From positions 2,325 through 66,324 of the forward strand of contig CALRYC010000004.1 in the NCBI GenBank assembly GCA_943372295.1: a stretch of DNA of 64,000 nucleotides, in the 5' to 3' direction. A program made the translations under genes and the position numbers. Positions 19,035-27,958 of this stretch are shown piece after piece (positions within the stretch are counted from its first letter, which is position 1; every line of letters starts with the position of its first letter). Under the pieces are notes generated by a model. That model made no database searches, was not told where the DNA came from, and was given only the letters and a program-made list of their open reading frames with translations. The DNA is from Chitinophaga pinensis (lineage in GTDB: Bacteria; Bacteroidota; Ignavibacteria; Kapaibacteriales; Kapaibacteriaceae).

Positions 19035-20269
19035 TGCAGCGGGGTCGAGCCGATAGGATCAGGATCTTCCGGGCCAGCGTTACGAAGTGGCAGCTGAAAG
19101 TTCTGCTGACAATTCTCGGAATGAGTATCATCGGTGCGGTACTGTACGTAACCAAGACCATTGTTGATGAGCTTGCTGCCAATGAGCGTCGTACCGTCGA
19201 GCTTTATGCTCGGCTGCTGGCCCGGTACTACGAGCGTGCCAGTGATGACGAGCTGCTGTATTACATCGACCAGACCAATGCCTCGATCCATTTTCCGGTG
19301 ATCCTTACCGGTAGGGACGGAGTGCCGCTGTATCCGTACCAGCAGTTCATGATAAATGTCGAGCTCGACACGACACTCAGCATTTATCAGCAGAAGGCAT
19401 GGCTGCTTACCTATATCGATGACATGCGCCGAGACTATCCGCCCTTTGAGATCAAGGGTCCGGATGGCAAGGTGATCCAATTGATTTTCTACTCCAACTC
19501 GGCCGTTGTGCGTGAGCTGCGATACGTGCCGTTTGTTGAGATCACGCTCGTGGCGGCCTTCATCCTCATCGGATACGTCTCCTTTTCCACCATCAGGCGG
19601 AACGAAGAATCACATATCTGGGTGGGCATGGCCAAAGAGGCCGCGCACCAGCTGGGCACGCCCCTTTCCAGTCTGCTGGCCTGGCTGGAACTTCTGCGCA
19701 TCAACAAGAACTCTCCGGACGAGATAGTGGCAACGGCGGCGCAGATGGAACAGGATGTGGAGAGGTTGAATGTGATCGCCAATCGCTTTGCCAAGATCGG
19801 CGCCATGCCAAGCAGGAATAAGGTGCGCGTGGCGGAGGTGCTCGAGCGGGCCTGCCGGTATTTCGAAACCAGACTTCCGATTCTCGGCAAGCGCATTCTG
19901 CTGGTTCGTGAATTCGATGATACGCTCGAAGCGAACCTGAACCAGGAGCTCTTCGAGTGGGTGATCGAGAATCTCATCCGCAACGCCGTGGATGCACTCG
20001 ACCGGCACGACGGGGTGATCGAGGTGCGTTTGGCCGAACGGGCGCGAGGGGGCATTGTTGTGACCGTGAAGGATAACGGCAAGGGCATGACGCGAAAGGT
20101 TGCTTCGCGGATCTTTCAGACCGGCTTTACGACCAAGACGCGTGGCTGGGGTCTGGGGCTTCCGCTGTCGAAGCGCATCATTGAAGACTATCACGGCGGA
20201 CGTCTGACCGTTGTGCAGACGCAGCCGGGTGTGGGAACGACATTTGCCGTGGAGGTGCCTGCCTCATGA
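19031..20269 (+). CDS. Membrane sensor histidine kinase
   Basis: Two TM segments flank a region of about 150 aa. H-box EAAHQLGTPLSSL, N-box LIRNAVDA, G-boxes DNGKGM and GWGLGL. Confidence 0.85.
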   Translation: MMQRGRADRIRIFRASVTKWQLKVLLTILGMSIIGAVLYVTKTIVDELAANERRTVELYARLLARYYERASDDELLYYIDQTNASIHFPVILTGRDGVPLYPYQQFMINVELDTTLSIYQQKAWLLTYIDDMRRDYPPFEIKGPDGKVIQLIFYSNSAVVRELRYVPFVEITLVAAFILIGYVSFSTIRRNEESHIWVGMAKEAAHQLGTPLSSLLAWLELLRINKNSPDEIVATAAQMEQDVERLNVIANRFAKIGAMPSRNKVRVAEVLERACRYFETRLPILGKRILLVREFDDTLEANLNQELFEWVIENLIRNAVDALDRHDGVIEVRLAERARGGIVVTVKDNGKGMTRKVASRIFQTGFTTKTRGWGLGLPLSKRIIEDYHGGRLTVVQTQPGVGTTFAVEVPAS

Positions 20270-21399
20270 CGCAGCGTCCGGAACCATCGAACATCGATTG
20301 GTTTATTCTGCTTCCGATCGCCGCACTGTTGCTGTTCAGTGTTGCCTTCGTGTACAGCGCCAGCGCATCGTTTGCCGACGTAAAACTTGGATCCAGCGAG
20401 GGCCTGGTCTGGAACCATGCCCTGCGTGTGATCATCGGCATGGTGCTGATGCTCTTCTTTGCGAAGGTCGACTATCACGTCTTCGAGCGCAGCTCCACGA
20501 CGCTGATGTGGATCGCCTACGGCTTTCTGGTGATGGTGCTGATCATGGGAACCGAGATCAAGGGGGCAAGTAGATGGGTGCGACTCGGACCGGTGAACTT
20601 CCAGCCCTCGGAGCTTGCCAAGTTTGCCGTGGTGCTTCATGCGGCTGCTCTGCTGAGTGCAAATACGGCCGTGGTGCGCACTTGGAAAGGGGGCATCTTC
20701 GACATTCTCAAGTGGACTCTGCCAGTCTCGATCCTGATCGCCCTGCAGCCCAACCTGTCAACGGCCACGGTGATCTTTCTGATCGTGATGGTCATGATGT
20801 TTCTGGCCGATGTTCGCCCCTTTCACCTTACCGTCATTGTGGCGGCCGGCTTCAGCGCGGCAGGCCTGTACGCTGTCACTGCCGAGTACCGACTGCGCCG
20901 ACTTCTGGCGTTCTTCGGCGGGCAGGGAGACGAGGCAGTGAGCTACCAGCTTGATCAGGCTTTGATCGCATTCGGCAATGGCGGTATCACCGGCGTCGGC
21001 CCCGGCCAGAGTCGTCAGCGCGACTTCTTCCTGCCCGAATCGTATGGCGACTTCATCTTCAGCATCGTCGGTGAGGAGTATGGCTTCATCGGGATCGTCT
21101 TCCTGATGTCGGCCTTCATCCTGATCATGCTCCGCGGCTACACTGTTGCCCGTAAGGCACCCGACACCTTTGGGCGAATTCTTGCAGGGGGCATCACGAC
21201 CACGCTATCGGTCTATGCCTTCGTCAACGCCGGAGTCACCTGCGGCGTCCTCCCAACCACGGGCCTTCCCATGCCCTTTATCTCCTATGGCGGCTCAAGC
21301 GTCTTTTTCAGCGCCATCGCCGTCGGCGTGCTTCTGAACATCTCCTCCCAGGCAGGAGTGTTTAAACGAAAACGGGTGACGCCCGCAGACCCAATGTAG
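20266..21399 (+). CDS. SEDS-family peptidoglycan polymerase (FtsW/RodA/SpoVE)
   Basis: 377 aa polytopic protein. NFQPSELAKF, GNGGITGVGPGQSRQ and LPTTGLPMPFISYGGSS motifs. Confidence 0.88.
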   Translation: MTQRPEPSNIDWFILLPIAALLLFSVAFVYSASASFADVKLGSSEGLVWNHALRVIIGMVLMLFFAKVDYHVFERSSTTLMWIAYGFLVMVLIMGTEIKGASRWVRLGPVNFQPSELAKFAVVLHAAALLSANTAVVRTWKGGIFDILKWTLPVSILIALQPNLSTATVIFLIVMVMMFLADVRPFHLTVIVAAGFSAAGLYAVTAEYRLRRLLAFFGGQGDEAVSYQLDQALIAFGNGGITGVGPGQSRQRDFFLPESYGDFIFSIVGEEYGFIGIVFLMSAFILIMLRGYTVARKAPDTFGRILAGGITTTLSVYAFVNAGVTCGVLPTTGLPMPFISYGGSSVFFSAIAVGVLLNISSQAGVFKRKRVTPADPM

Positions 21400-21405
21400 G
21401 GGCGC

Positions 21406-21505
21406 ATGGATCCCCGCTTTCGCGGGGATGACGTTCAGTACCCAGTACCCAGTACCCAGTAGCCAGTACCCAGTCCCCAGTCCCCAGTCCCCAGTCCCCA
21501 GTACC
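21406..21505. repeat. Composite repeat locus B: half-core ATGGATCCCCGCTTTCGCGGGGATGACGTT + 10 heptamers (CAGTACCx3, CAGTAGC, CAGTACC, CAGTCCCx4, CAGTACC)
   Basis: Perfect 7-bp stem TCCCCGC/GCGGGGA with a TTTC loop at 21411-21428. Heptamers counted at 21436-21505. Lies between the SEDS gene stop and the MerR-family gene start. Confidence 0.95.
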
Positions 21506-21527
21506 CCGACTTCTACTATCTTGCGTC

Positions 21528-21971
21528 ATGCAGGATTCCATCAAGAAGCTCTACTACTCCATCACCGAGGCGGCCAAGATCGTTTCGGAGGAGCAGCATG
21601 TGCTGCGGTACTGGGAGAGGGAGTTTTCGCAGCTGAGGCCGCAGAAGAACAGGGCGGGCAACCGGGTGTACTCGCAGCGTGACATGGCAATTTTGATGCT
21701 GATCAGAAATCTTCTGCGTGAGCAGCGCTACACGGTGGCCGGCGCCAAGGAGTATCTCAAGACCAACGGTGTACCGGAGGATCTGAACTTTGTCATGCCG
21801 GCCGGCGTCAGCGTCGAAGCGTCGGACGAGACAGAAGACGTTGAAGTGGTGCCGGCGGTGGTGGTAGACGATGAGCATGCTCGAGCCGCGCGAAGCGAGG
21901 CAAAGCGCCTCATCGACGAGATTCGTGCGTTTTCGGCCGAATTACGCGCGAAAACGGGTAAAAACAGCTAA
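21528..21971 (+). CDS. MerR-family transcriptional regulator
   Basis: YYSITEAAKIVSEEQHVLRYWEREF...NRAGNRVYSQRDMAILMLIRNLL is a MerR-type HTH; 147 aa. Confidence 0.85.
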   Translation: MQDSIKKLYYSITEAAKIVSEEQHVLRYWEREFSQLRPQKNRAGNRVYSQRDMAILMLIRNLLREQRYTVAGAKEYLKTNGVPEDLNFVMPAGVSVEASDETEDVEVVPAVVVDDEHARAARSEAKRLIDEIRAFSAELRAKTGKNS

Positions 21972-22026
21972 AAACAGCTATAAACACGCCCGAATAGCCC
22001 CCTTTTCGTATATTCGCCGCCCACGC

Positions 22027-22097
22027 GGTCCCGTGGTAGAGTGGCTATACAGAGCTCTGCAAAAGCTTGTACATCGGTTCGAATCCGGTCGGGACCT
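22027..22097 (+). tRNA. tRNA-Cys (anticodon GCA), CCA not encoded
   Basis: Hand-folded: acceptor GGTCCCG/CGGGACC, anticodon stem GAGCT/AGCTT with loop CTGCAAA, T arm ATCGG-TTCGAAT-CCGGT. Confidence 0.88.
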
Positions 22098-22130
22098 CTG
22101 AGTCATTTTTCTTGACAATTCCTGTCTTTC

Positions 22131-22697
22131 ATGGCAACAACAGCTGACCTCCGGGTGGGTGCCGTGATTCGCCACAATGGCGAACTCTGCGTCGTCCTCG
22201 AATCCATCCACCGCACACCGGGTAACCTTCGGGCCTTCTATCAGGTCAAGATGCGCGTCATCAAGACGGGCAAGTTGCGTGAAGAGCGGTTCCGCTCGGG
22301 GGAGACCATCGAGTTTGTGCGCGTCGAAACCCGCAATTTCCAGTACCTGTTCCGCGATGCGGACATGTTCACGTTCATGGACACGGACTCCTACGACCAG
22401 ATTCCGGTGAATGCCGAGATCGTTGGTGAGTCGGCCAAGTTCATGAAAGAAGGTATGGAAGTGCAGATCGCTCGTGATGAGGCAGAGAACGTGGTGCAAG
22501 TGACCATGCCGAACCATGTGGCACTTCGGGTTACGCATACCGAGCCCGGGGTACGCGGCGATACAGCCACCAACGTTCTCAAGCCGGCAACGGTTGAGAC
22601 GAGTGCGACGGTTATGGTGCCGCTGTTCGTCAATGAGGGAGATCTGATCCGTGTTGACACCTCGACGGGTGACTACATGGATCGCGTGAAGGAGTAA
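22131..22697 (+). CDS. efp: Elongation factor P
   Basis: 188 aa. Canonical EF-P pattern: [18 protein letters not shown]...[27 protein letters not shown]. Confidence 0.93.
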   Translation: MATTADLRVGAVIRHNGELCVVLESIHRTPGNLRAFYQVKMRVIKTGKLREERFRSGETIEFVRVETRNFQYLFRDADMFTFMDTDSYDQIPVNAEIVGESAKFMKEGMEVQIARDEAENVVQVTMPNHVALRVTHTEPGVRGDTATNVLKPATVETSATVMVPLFVNEGDLIRVDTSTGDYMDRVKE

Positions 22698-22725
22698 GGG
22701 GCTTCCAGAACGTATTGGAGGAAAC

Positions 22726-23205
22726 ATGGATCTGAACTATCTCCGTCGACTGCTGCGCATCTTCGATGAAAGTAGCGCATCTGAACTGTCGATCGAAGAA
22801 GAAGGCATGACGGTGCATATGTCGAAGCCATCGGCGCAGGCGCCGGTGATGATGCCCGGCTACGCCATGCCGGCAGTCCCGGCTGCGGTGTCGGCTACGC
22901 CTGTCGCTGCCGCAAGTGCCCCCGCCCCGGCTGCCGCCGCAGAGCCAGCCGTAGCGGCTGATTCGGCCCACAAGGTCGTTTCGCCGATCGTGGGGACGTT
23001 CTATCGCGCCCCCTCACCTGATGCCGACGCCTTCGTGCAGGTGGGCCAGCATGTGAATGTTGGCGACACTCTCTGCATCGTCGAAGCGATGAAACTCATG
23101 AACGAGATCGAGTCGGACGCAACCGGCACGGTCATCAAGATCCTCGTCGAGAACGGTCAGCCGGTGGAATACAACCAGCCGATCTTTCTTGTTAAGCCAG
23201 ATTAA
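22726..23205 (+). CDS. accB: Acetyl-CoA carboxylase biotin carboxyl carrier protein
   Basis: Ala/Pro-rich linker followed by the biotinyl motif [22 protein letters not shown] lies upstream of the ATG. Confidence 0.92.
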   Translation: MDLNYLRRLLRIFDESSASELSIEEEGMTVHMSKPSAQAPVMMPGYAMPAVPAAVSATPVAAASAPAPAAAAEPAVAADSAHKVVSPIVGTFYRAPSPDADAFVQVGQHVNVGDTLCIVEAMKLMNEIESDATGTVIKILVENGQPVEYNQPIFLVKPD

Positions 23206-23223
23206 TCGATCGCCCGGCTTCGC

Positions 23224-24564
23224 ATGATCAAGAAACTGCTGATCGCAAACCGCGGTGAGATCGCACTGCGGATCATCCGTGCCGCCAAGGAGCTTGGCAT
23301 ACGCACCGTTGCGGTGTATTCGGAGGCCGACCGTGCATCTCTGCACGTACGCTTTGCCGACGAGGCCGTGTGCATCGGGCCGGCACAGGGCAAGCTCTCC
23401 TACCTGAACATTCCGTCGATCATCGCCGCTGCCGACGTAACCGGCGCCGATGCGATCCATCCGGGCTATGGTTTTCTGGCCGAAAACGCAACGTTCGCAG
23501 AGATTTGTCACGATTGCGGAATCACGTTCGTTGGGCCGACGCCGGATGCGATCGTTCGCATGGGGAACAAGTCCATCGCCAAGGACACCATGCGTGCAGC
23601 CGGAGTACCGGTGGTTCCGGGGTCGGACGGCATCGTCCCGACTGTTGAGGATGCGCGCCGCGTAGCGGCCGAAGTCGGCTATCCCGTGATGATCAAGGCC
23701 GTTGCCGGCGGCGGTGGCAAGGGCATGCGTTATGTCGAGTCGCCGGACGAGCTAGACCGCGCTTATGCTACGGCAAGGGGAGAGGCCGAAGCCTCGTTCG
23801 GTAATGGTGACATCTACATAGAAAAGTTTATCGAAGAGCCGCGTCACATCGAGATCCAGGTCTTTGCTGATATGCACGGCAACGTGATCCATCTCAATGA
23901 GCGTGAGTGCAGCATTCAGCGTCGACATCAGAAGCTGATCGAAGAAGCCCCTTCTCCGATCATGACGCCAGAGCTTCGCAAGGCTATGGGCGATGCCAGC
24001 GTCAAGGGCGCTGCGAGCGTGAACTACGTTGGTGCAGGAACTATCGAGTTCCTGGTTGACAAGCACCGCAACTTCTACTTCATGGAAATGAACACGCGGA
24101 TTCAGGTTGAACACCCTGTCACGGAACAGTCCTCGGCGTGCGACCTAATCCGAGAGCAGCTGCTCGTGGCGTCCGGTGAAAAGCTCACGCTGCAGCAGCG
24201 CGATCCGCTGATGCATTCTATCGAGTGCCGGATCAATGCCGAAGATCCCTATCACGATTTCCGTCCATCTCCGGGCGTGATCCAGTCCCTGAACTTCCCC
24301 GGAGGTCCGGGCGTGCGGGTCGACTCGCACATCTACCAGGGATACGTCATCCCGCCTTACTACGACTCAATGGTTGCCAAGCTCATTACGTTTGCCCCAA
24401 CGCGAGACGGTGCGATCGCCAAGATGCGCCGCGCGCTTGATGAGTTCATTATCGAAGGCATTCAGACCACGATCCCATTTCACCGAAAGATGATGGATAA
24501 TCCGGATTTCATTGCCGGTACGTTTGACACGAAGTATCTCGACACCCATGATTGGAAGGCCTAG
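23224..24564 (+). CDS. accC: Acetyl-CoA carboxylase biotin carboxylase subunit
   Basis: 446 aa. [21 protein letters not shown]-grasp [22 protein letters not shown]. Confidence 0.94.
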   Translation: MIKKLLIANRGEIALRIIRAAKELGIRTVAVYSEADRASLHVRFADEAVCIGPAQGKLSYLNIPSIIAAADVTGADAIHPGYGFLAENATFAEICHDCGITFVGPTPDAIVRMGNKSIAKDTMRAAGVPVVPGSDGIVPTVEDARRVAAEVGYPVMIKAVAGGGGKGMRYVESPDELDRAYATARGEAEASFGNGDIYIEKFIEEPRHIEIQVFADMHGNVIHLNERECSIQRRHQKLIEEAPSPIMTPELRKAMGDASVKGAASVNYVGAGTIEFLVDKHRNFYFMEMNTRIQVEHPVTEQSSACDLIREQLLVASGEKLTLQQRDPLMHSIECRINAEDPYHDFRPSPGVIQSLNFPGGPGVRVDSHIYQGYVIPPYYDSMVAKLITFAPTRDGAIAKMRRALDEFIIEGIQTTIPFHRKMMDNPDFIAGTFDTKYLDTHDWKA

Positions 24565-24567
24565 ACG

Positions 24568-24945
24568 ATGAATTTTCCAGCAGACCTGCTCTATACCAGC
24601 GATCACGAATGGATCCGTGTTGAAGGTGACGTCGGAACGATCGGCGTGACAGACCATGCTCAAGGTGAACTGGGCGACGTTGTATACGTCGACATTCCGG
24701 ATGCCTCTGCAACGGTCGCCAAGGGCGGAACCTTCGGGTCGATCGAGGCCGTTAAGACAGTCGCCGATCTCTACGCCCCCGTCAGCGGTCAGCTGCTTGA
24801 GGTGAACAACGTCAATGCCGCTCCCGACTCGGTCAACAAAGACCCGTATGGCGAAGGCTGGCTGGTAAAGATCAAGATCTCTGACCCGTCAGAGCTTGAA
24901 GGCCTCCTGAAGGTTGACGCCTACAAAGCCCTGATCGGCGCCTGA
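24568..24945 (+). CDS. gcvH: Glycine cleavage system H protein
   Basis: 125 aa. LLYTSDHEWIRVEG...SIEAVKTVADLYAPVSG lipoyl-lysine motif. Confidence 0.92.
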   Translation: MNFPADLLYTSDHEWIRVEGDVGTIGVTDHAQGELGDVVYVDIPDASATVAKGGTFGSIEAVKTVADLYAPVSGQLLEVNNVNAAPDSVNKDPYGEGWLVKIKISDPSELEGLLKVDAYKALIGA

Positions 24946-24968
24946 TTCCGCGCGGGAGTCGCGTCGCC

Positions 24969-25880
24969 GTGGCGTGCTCTCCAGACGTTGTGATACGTCA
25001 GCTTCTCATCCTGCTCATCATTGCCTGGCACGCCCCCTCCATGGGCGCGTCAGGCATTTCTTTTTCGTGGCAGACATCAGCGCAGCAGCAGGATTCCGTC
25101 AAGCCGCAGGCGGCAATTGACCCATGGCGACTCGGCGCCCTCACCACTGTGGGAGTTGGCGCATTTACCGTGGGGCACGGCTGGCTTAACAACCTCTGGT
25201 GGAAGGGGGCTCCTGCCGACTTCCATGTGAACGTGCAGCAGGACTGGACGTATGCGCTCGGGGCCGACAAGGTAGGCCACGCCTACTTCGCCGCAACATC
25301 GGCAACGCTCATCGCCGGTTCGCTGCGCTGGTCCGGACTCGACACCGCCTCGTCGCTCTGGTGGGGCTCGTCGATCGCCATGGCCTATCAGACATACAAC
25401 GAGGTCCGCGATGGATTCAGTCAGAACTACGGTTTCTCTCCCGGCGACATGGCAGGGAATCTTCTCGGCGCCGCATGGCCACTTGCTCAGCACTATGTGC
25501 CGGAACTGAAGGCCATCACCTTTCAGATCTCGTTCTACCCGTCAGAGCCATTCCGTAATGGATTTTATAATGCGATCATCGACGACTATGAAAGCACCAC
25601 GCACTGGCTGAGCGTTGACGTGCATCAGCTGCTTCCCCAAGCCGCCCAGGCCTGGTATCCTCCGTGGATCAATCTCGCCCTCGGCCACTCCGTCAGGGGG
25701 CTCGTCGGATCATCAACCCCACAGCACGTCTTTGTGCTTTCACTCGACTGGAACCTCAAACGACTGCCCTTCCTGCCAGACTGGCTGCGGCAAACCTTTG
25801 AGTACCTGCACATGTATCACCTGCCCGCACCGGCTGTGGAGATCACGCCGAACGTGCGGTGGGTCGGCTTGAGGTTTTAG
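24969..25880 (+). CDS. Hypothetical exported/membrane protein (possibly DUF2279-like)
   Basis: GTG start and hydrophobic N-terminus. The GADKVGHAYFAATSA and GFSPGDMAGNLLGA motifs resemble DUF2279 from memory. The stop TAG at 25878-25880 abuts repeat locus C. Confidence 0.55.
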   Translation: MACSPDVVIRQLLILLIIAWHAPSMGASGISFSWQTSAQQQDSVKPQAAIDPWRLGALTTVGVGAFTVGHGWLNNLWWKGAPADFHVNVQQDWTYALGADKVGHAYFAATSATLIAGSLRWSGLDTASSLWWGSSIAMAYQTYNEVRDGFSQNYGFSPGDMAGNLLGAAWPLAQHYVPELKAITFQISFYPSEPFRNGFYNAIIDDYESTTHWLSVDVHQLLPQAAQAWYPPWINLALGHSVRGLVGSSTPQHVFVLSLDWNLKRLPFLPDWLRQTFEYLHMYHLPAPAVEITPNVRWVGLRF

Positions 25881-26181
25881 CGCCGAAGCGGAGGGAAACC
25901 TGCGGAGGGAAACGCGCTGCGCGCGAGGGAAGCCGAAGCGGAGGGAAACCTGCGGAGGGAAGCCGAGGCGGAGGGAAACGCGCTTCGAGCGAGGGAAGCC
26001 GAGGCGGAGGGAAACGCGCTTCGCGCGAGGGAAACCGAAACGGAGGGAAACCGAAGCGGAGGGAAACGCGCTTCGCGCGAGGGAAGCCGAAGCGGAGGGA
26101 AACCTGCGGAGGGAAACCTGCGGAGGGAAGCGCGCTTCGCGCGAGGATCAACCTCACACCTCACACCCCACACCTCAAACC
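25881..26181 (+). repeat. Composite repeat locus C: 15 GAGGGAA units joined by CCGAAGCGG / CTGCGG / GCGCTTCGCGC linkers (25881-26150), junction GATCAACC, then (TCACACC)-type heptamers x4 (26154-26181)
   Basis: Units counted individually. The array starts at the base after the upstream stop codon, and the last heptamer contains the yjbR-like stop (26175-26177, minus strand). Confidence 0.95.
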
Positions 26182-26498
26182 TTCTTCTTGACCAGCCCAT
26201 ACGAATGATCGATCCAGTGGCGGATCTCGGTTGGGGTGAGTGAGCCATCGATGGTGATGGTGTTCCAGTGCTTTTTGTTCATGTGGAAGCCGGGCTGGAC
26301 GCAGGCGTGGCGTTCGCGGAGTTCAACGGCGGTTTCCGGGTCGCATTTGACGTTGAATTGTTGTGTGGGGGCATCGAGCGGGACCAGACAGAACACTTTG
26401 CTGTTGACCTTATAGACGATCACGTCGGGACCGAAGGGGAAGGTCTCTTCTGTGCCGGGGAGGCTGAGGCAGTGATTGCAGACATCGACGATATCCAT
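26175..26498 (-). CDS. MmcQ/YjbR-family protein
   Basis: 107 aa. LSLPGTEETFPFGPDVIVYKVNSKVFCL...MNKKHWNTITIDGSL is the typical YjbR-family pattern. Confidence 0.82.
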   Translation of the reverse strand: MDIVDVCNHCLSLPGTEETFPFGPDVIVYKVNSKVFCLVPLDAPTQQFNVKCDPETAVELRERHACVQPGFHMNKKHWNTITIDGSLTPTEIRHWIDHSYGLVKKKV

Positions 26499-26514
26499 GG
26501 GTGCAAAGTAAACG

Positions 26515-26547
26515 AAAAAGCCCCCTGACCGGGTGGTCAGGAGGCTT
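26515..26547 (-). terminator. Rho-independent terminator after the 138-aa secreted-protein gene
   Basis: On the minus strand, AGCCUCCUGACC-ACCC-GGUCAGGGGGCU forms 12 bp including one G-U pair, followed by UUUUU. Confidence 0.8.
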
Positions 26548-26572
26548 GTATCATTCAGTTCTTAGCGGGTTG

Positions 26573-26989
26573 TTACTTGCCTGAGCCTTGGGCGGCCTTG
26601 ACCGACTCGTTAAGAGCATTCATGATGTCTTTGAACGTGTCGGCTTCGGAGCCCTTGAGTGTTCCACGCTGCATCAGCAGGGCGAGGTTCTGGATCTGAT
26701 CGCCGCGCATTTCGACGGTGATGACATCATCGGTGGTCTTCTTGGCCTTCGTGGCCTCGTCGATGGCATCGCTGAGGACCTTACGGACGTCGAGGAAGGC
26801 ATCGACTTCGTTGCCGCGGATCTCGATGCCGCCAAGGAATTGGACAGCGCCCTGAATATAGGCGAGCTTGAGCTTTGGCTTTAGCACGACCGGTGCCTGA
26901 GCAGCAGGAGCGAGTGAGCCTTGAGCGAAAGAGTCCGTGCTGCCCAGGAAGAGGACGCCGGCGACTGCGATCATTGCGAAGATTTTCAT
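26573..26989 (-). CDS. Small secreted protein, paralog 1 (138 aa, unknown function)
   Basis: Signal peptide MKIFAMIAVAGVLFLGSTDSFA-Q. Aligns with the product of 27089-27511 (I-R--EVD-F-DVR--L, VE---Q--NL-LL-QR, AL-N---A). Confidence 0.75.
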   Translation of the reverse strand: MKIFAMIAVAGVLFLGSTDSFAQGSLAPAAQAPVVLKPKLKLAYIQGAVQFLGGIEIRGNEVDAFLDVRKVLSDAIDEATKAKKTTDDVITVEMRGDQIQNLALLMQRGTLKGSEADTFKDIMNALNESVKAAQGSGK

Positions 26990-27021
26990 GGTGTACGGCA
27001 GTTGTGGAGTGAAAAAGAGTG

Positions 27022-27054
27022 CAAAGGTACGGTTTGTGCGGGGTGCGAAGCAAG
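27022..27054 (-). promoter_or_regulatory. FCB-type promoter (cTTGc-N21-TACCTTTG) for paralog 1
   Basis: The reverse complement reads CTTG CTTCGCACCCCGCACAAACCG TACCTTTG. The -7 box lies about 32 nt upstream of the ATG at 26989. Confidence 0.55.
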
Positions 27055-27088
27055 ACGGCCGGGACGTGAACCAGCAGCGCGGGAGGGC

Positions 27089-27511
27089 TTACTTCTTCTT
27101 TGAGGCAGGCGCCGTGGCGGCCTTGTTCAGGGCGGCACGCATGGAGCTAACCGTTACCGAGTCCGCCCCGGATACCTTGCTGCGCTGCAGAAGCAGATCA
27201 AGGTTAACGGTCTGGTCGGGCGTGAGTTCTACTTTCAGAACGTCCGTGTCGGCTTTGCCATTCGCAGCGCGGGCCAGCAGATTGCGGACGTCGATAAACA
27301 CGTCCACTTCGATGGCACGAATATCGACGTTGTTGAGGATCCGAAGGGTCTCCTTGATCTGGGAGGCCTGGAGTTGCGGTGTATATGGCCCCTTGTTTTC
27401 ACCTTGGATCGTGATGCGGTCAAGTGTTCCGGAGCCGCGGGATGATTGCGCCCGGGCGTCAGGGGTTACTGTCATGGTCACGGCAGCTAGCAGGGCAAGG
27501 AAAAACTTCAC
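27089..27511 (-). CDS. Small secreted protein, paralog 2 (140 aa, unknown function)
   Basis: I place the start at GTG 27511 (VKFFLALLAAVTMTVTPDARA-Q signal peptide). The TTG at 27547 lies inside the predicted -7 box. Confidence 0.7.
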   Translation of the reverse strand: MKFFLALLAAVTMTVTPDARAQSSRGSGTLDRITIQGENKGPYTPQLQASQIKETLRILNNVDIRAIEVDVFIDVRNLLARAANGKADTDVLKVELTPDQTVNLDLLLQRSKVSGADSVTVSSMRAALNKAATAPASKKK

Positions 27512-27544
27512 GGTAATCTCGCTGTTGAAAGGAATGGGGACTCC

Positions 27545-27577
27545 CAAATCTACGGCGCATGATCGCCCCGACGCAAG
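27545..27577 (-). promoter_or_regulatory. FCB-type promoter (cTTGc-N21-TAGATTTG) for paralog 2
   Basis: The reverse complement reads CTTG CGTCGGGGCGATCATGCGCCG TAGATTTG, the same architecture as 27022-27054. Confidence 0.55.
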
Positions 27578-27841
27578 ACTGTTTATGTGCTGTGCGCGAC
27601 GCGTTCGACGCTAGCTTGGAGATACTATTGTGATGGGAAGGGGGCTGATCGAATATTCTCTAGCAGCAATTGAGTTTCGTGGCCCCATACAGTGATTGTG
27701 TCGTCGTCTGAAGTGTCTTGAACACCTAACAAACCCCAATGTGAGGGTGCTGCGAGCCCTTCGTGAGTTGAGAAAGTCGATTCAGCCCCCTTGAAACGAA
27801 CATCTGCGTTGCCGTAAATGAAAAAAATGTTCCATACCTGT

Positions 27842-27872
27842 CTTGCATGTGGTGCAAACTCAGTTATATTTG
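27842..27872 (+). promoter_or_regulatory. FCB-type promoter (cTTGc-N19-TATATTTG) for the 122-aa gene
   Basis: TTG at 27843-27845, a 19-nt spacer, and TATATTTG at 27865-27872. This predicts a leader of about 80 nt before the ATG at 27959. Confidence 0.55.
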
Positions 27873-27958
27873 TCGTGTTGTTTGATCAACACAGACGGAA
27901 CTCGGCAGGCATGCAGCATTAGTCTTAATTCACCGGTGCTTCGGGGAATTCGCAAGAG

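Noticed and set aside
21951-21980. Decamer repeat AAAACNNNTA x3 at the 3' end of the MerR-family gene
   Set aside because: It is short, partly coding (it encodes the C-terminal KTGKNS residues and the stop), and unrelated to the heptamer family. It is probably a trivial local duplication.
21978-22727. 249-aa minus-strand ORF
   Set aside because: It is antisense to efp and runs across tRNA-Cys. This is a shadow ORF typical of GC-rich DNA.
25843-26248. Overlapping ORFs of 104-123 aa reading through repeat locus C (also 32087-32622 through D, 58549-58993 through F, 446-731 through A, 21362-21682 through B, 50407-51115 through E)
   Set aside because: They are open in several frames and on both strands only because the repeats lack stop codons. 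Their products are low-complexity periodic peptides (RFGFPRAKRVSL..., STQYPVPSTQYPVP...) with no start-site context.
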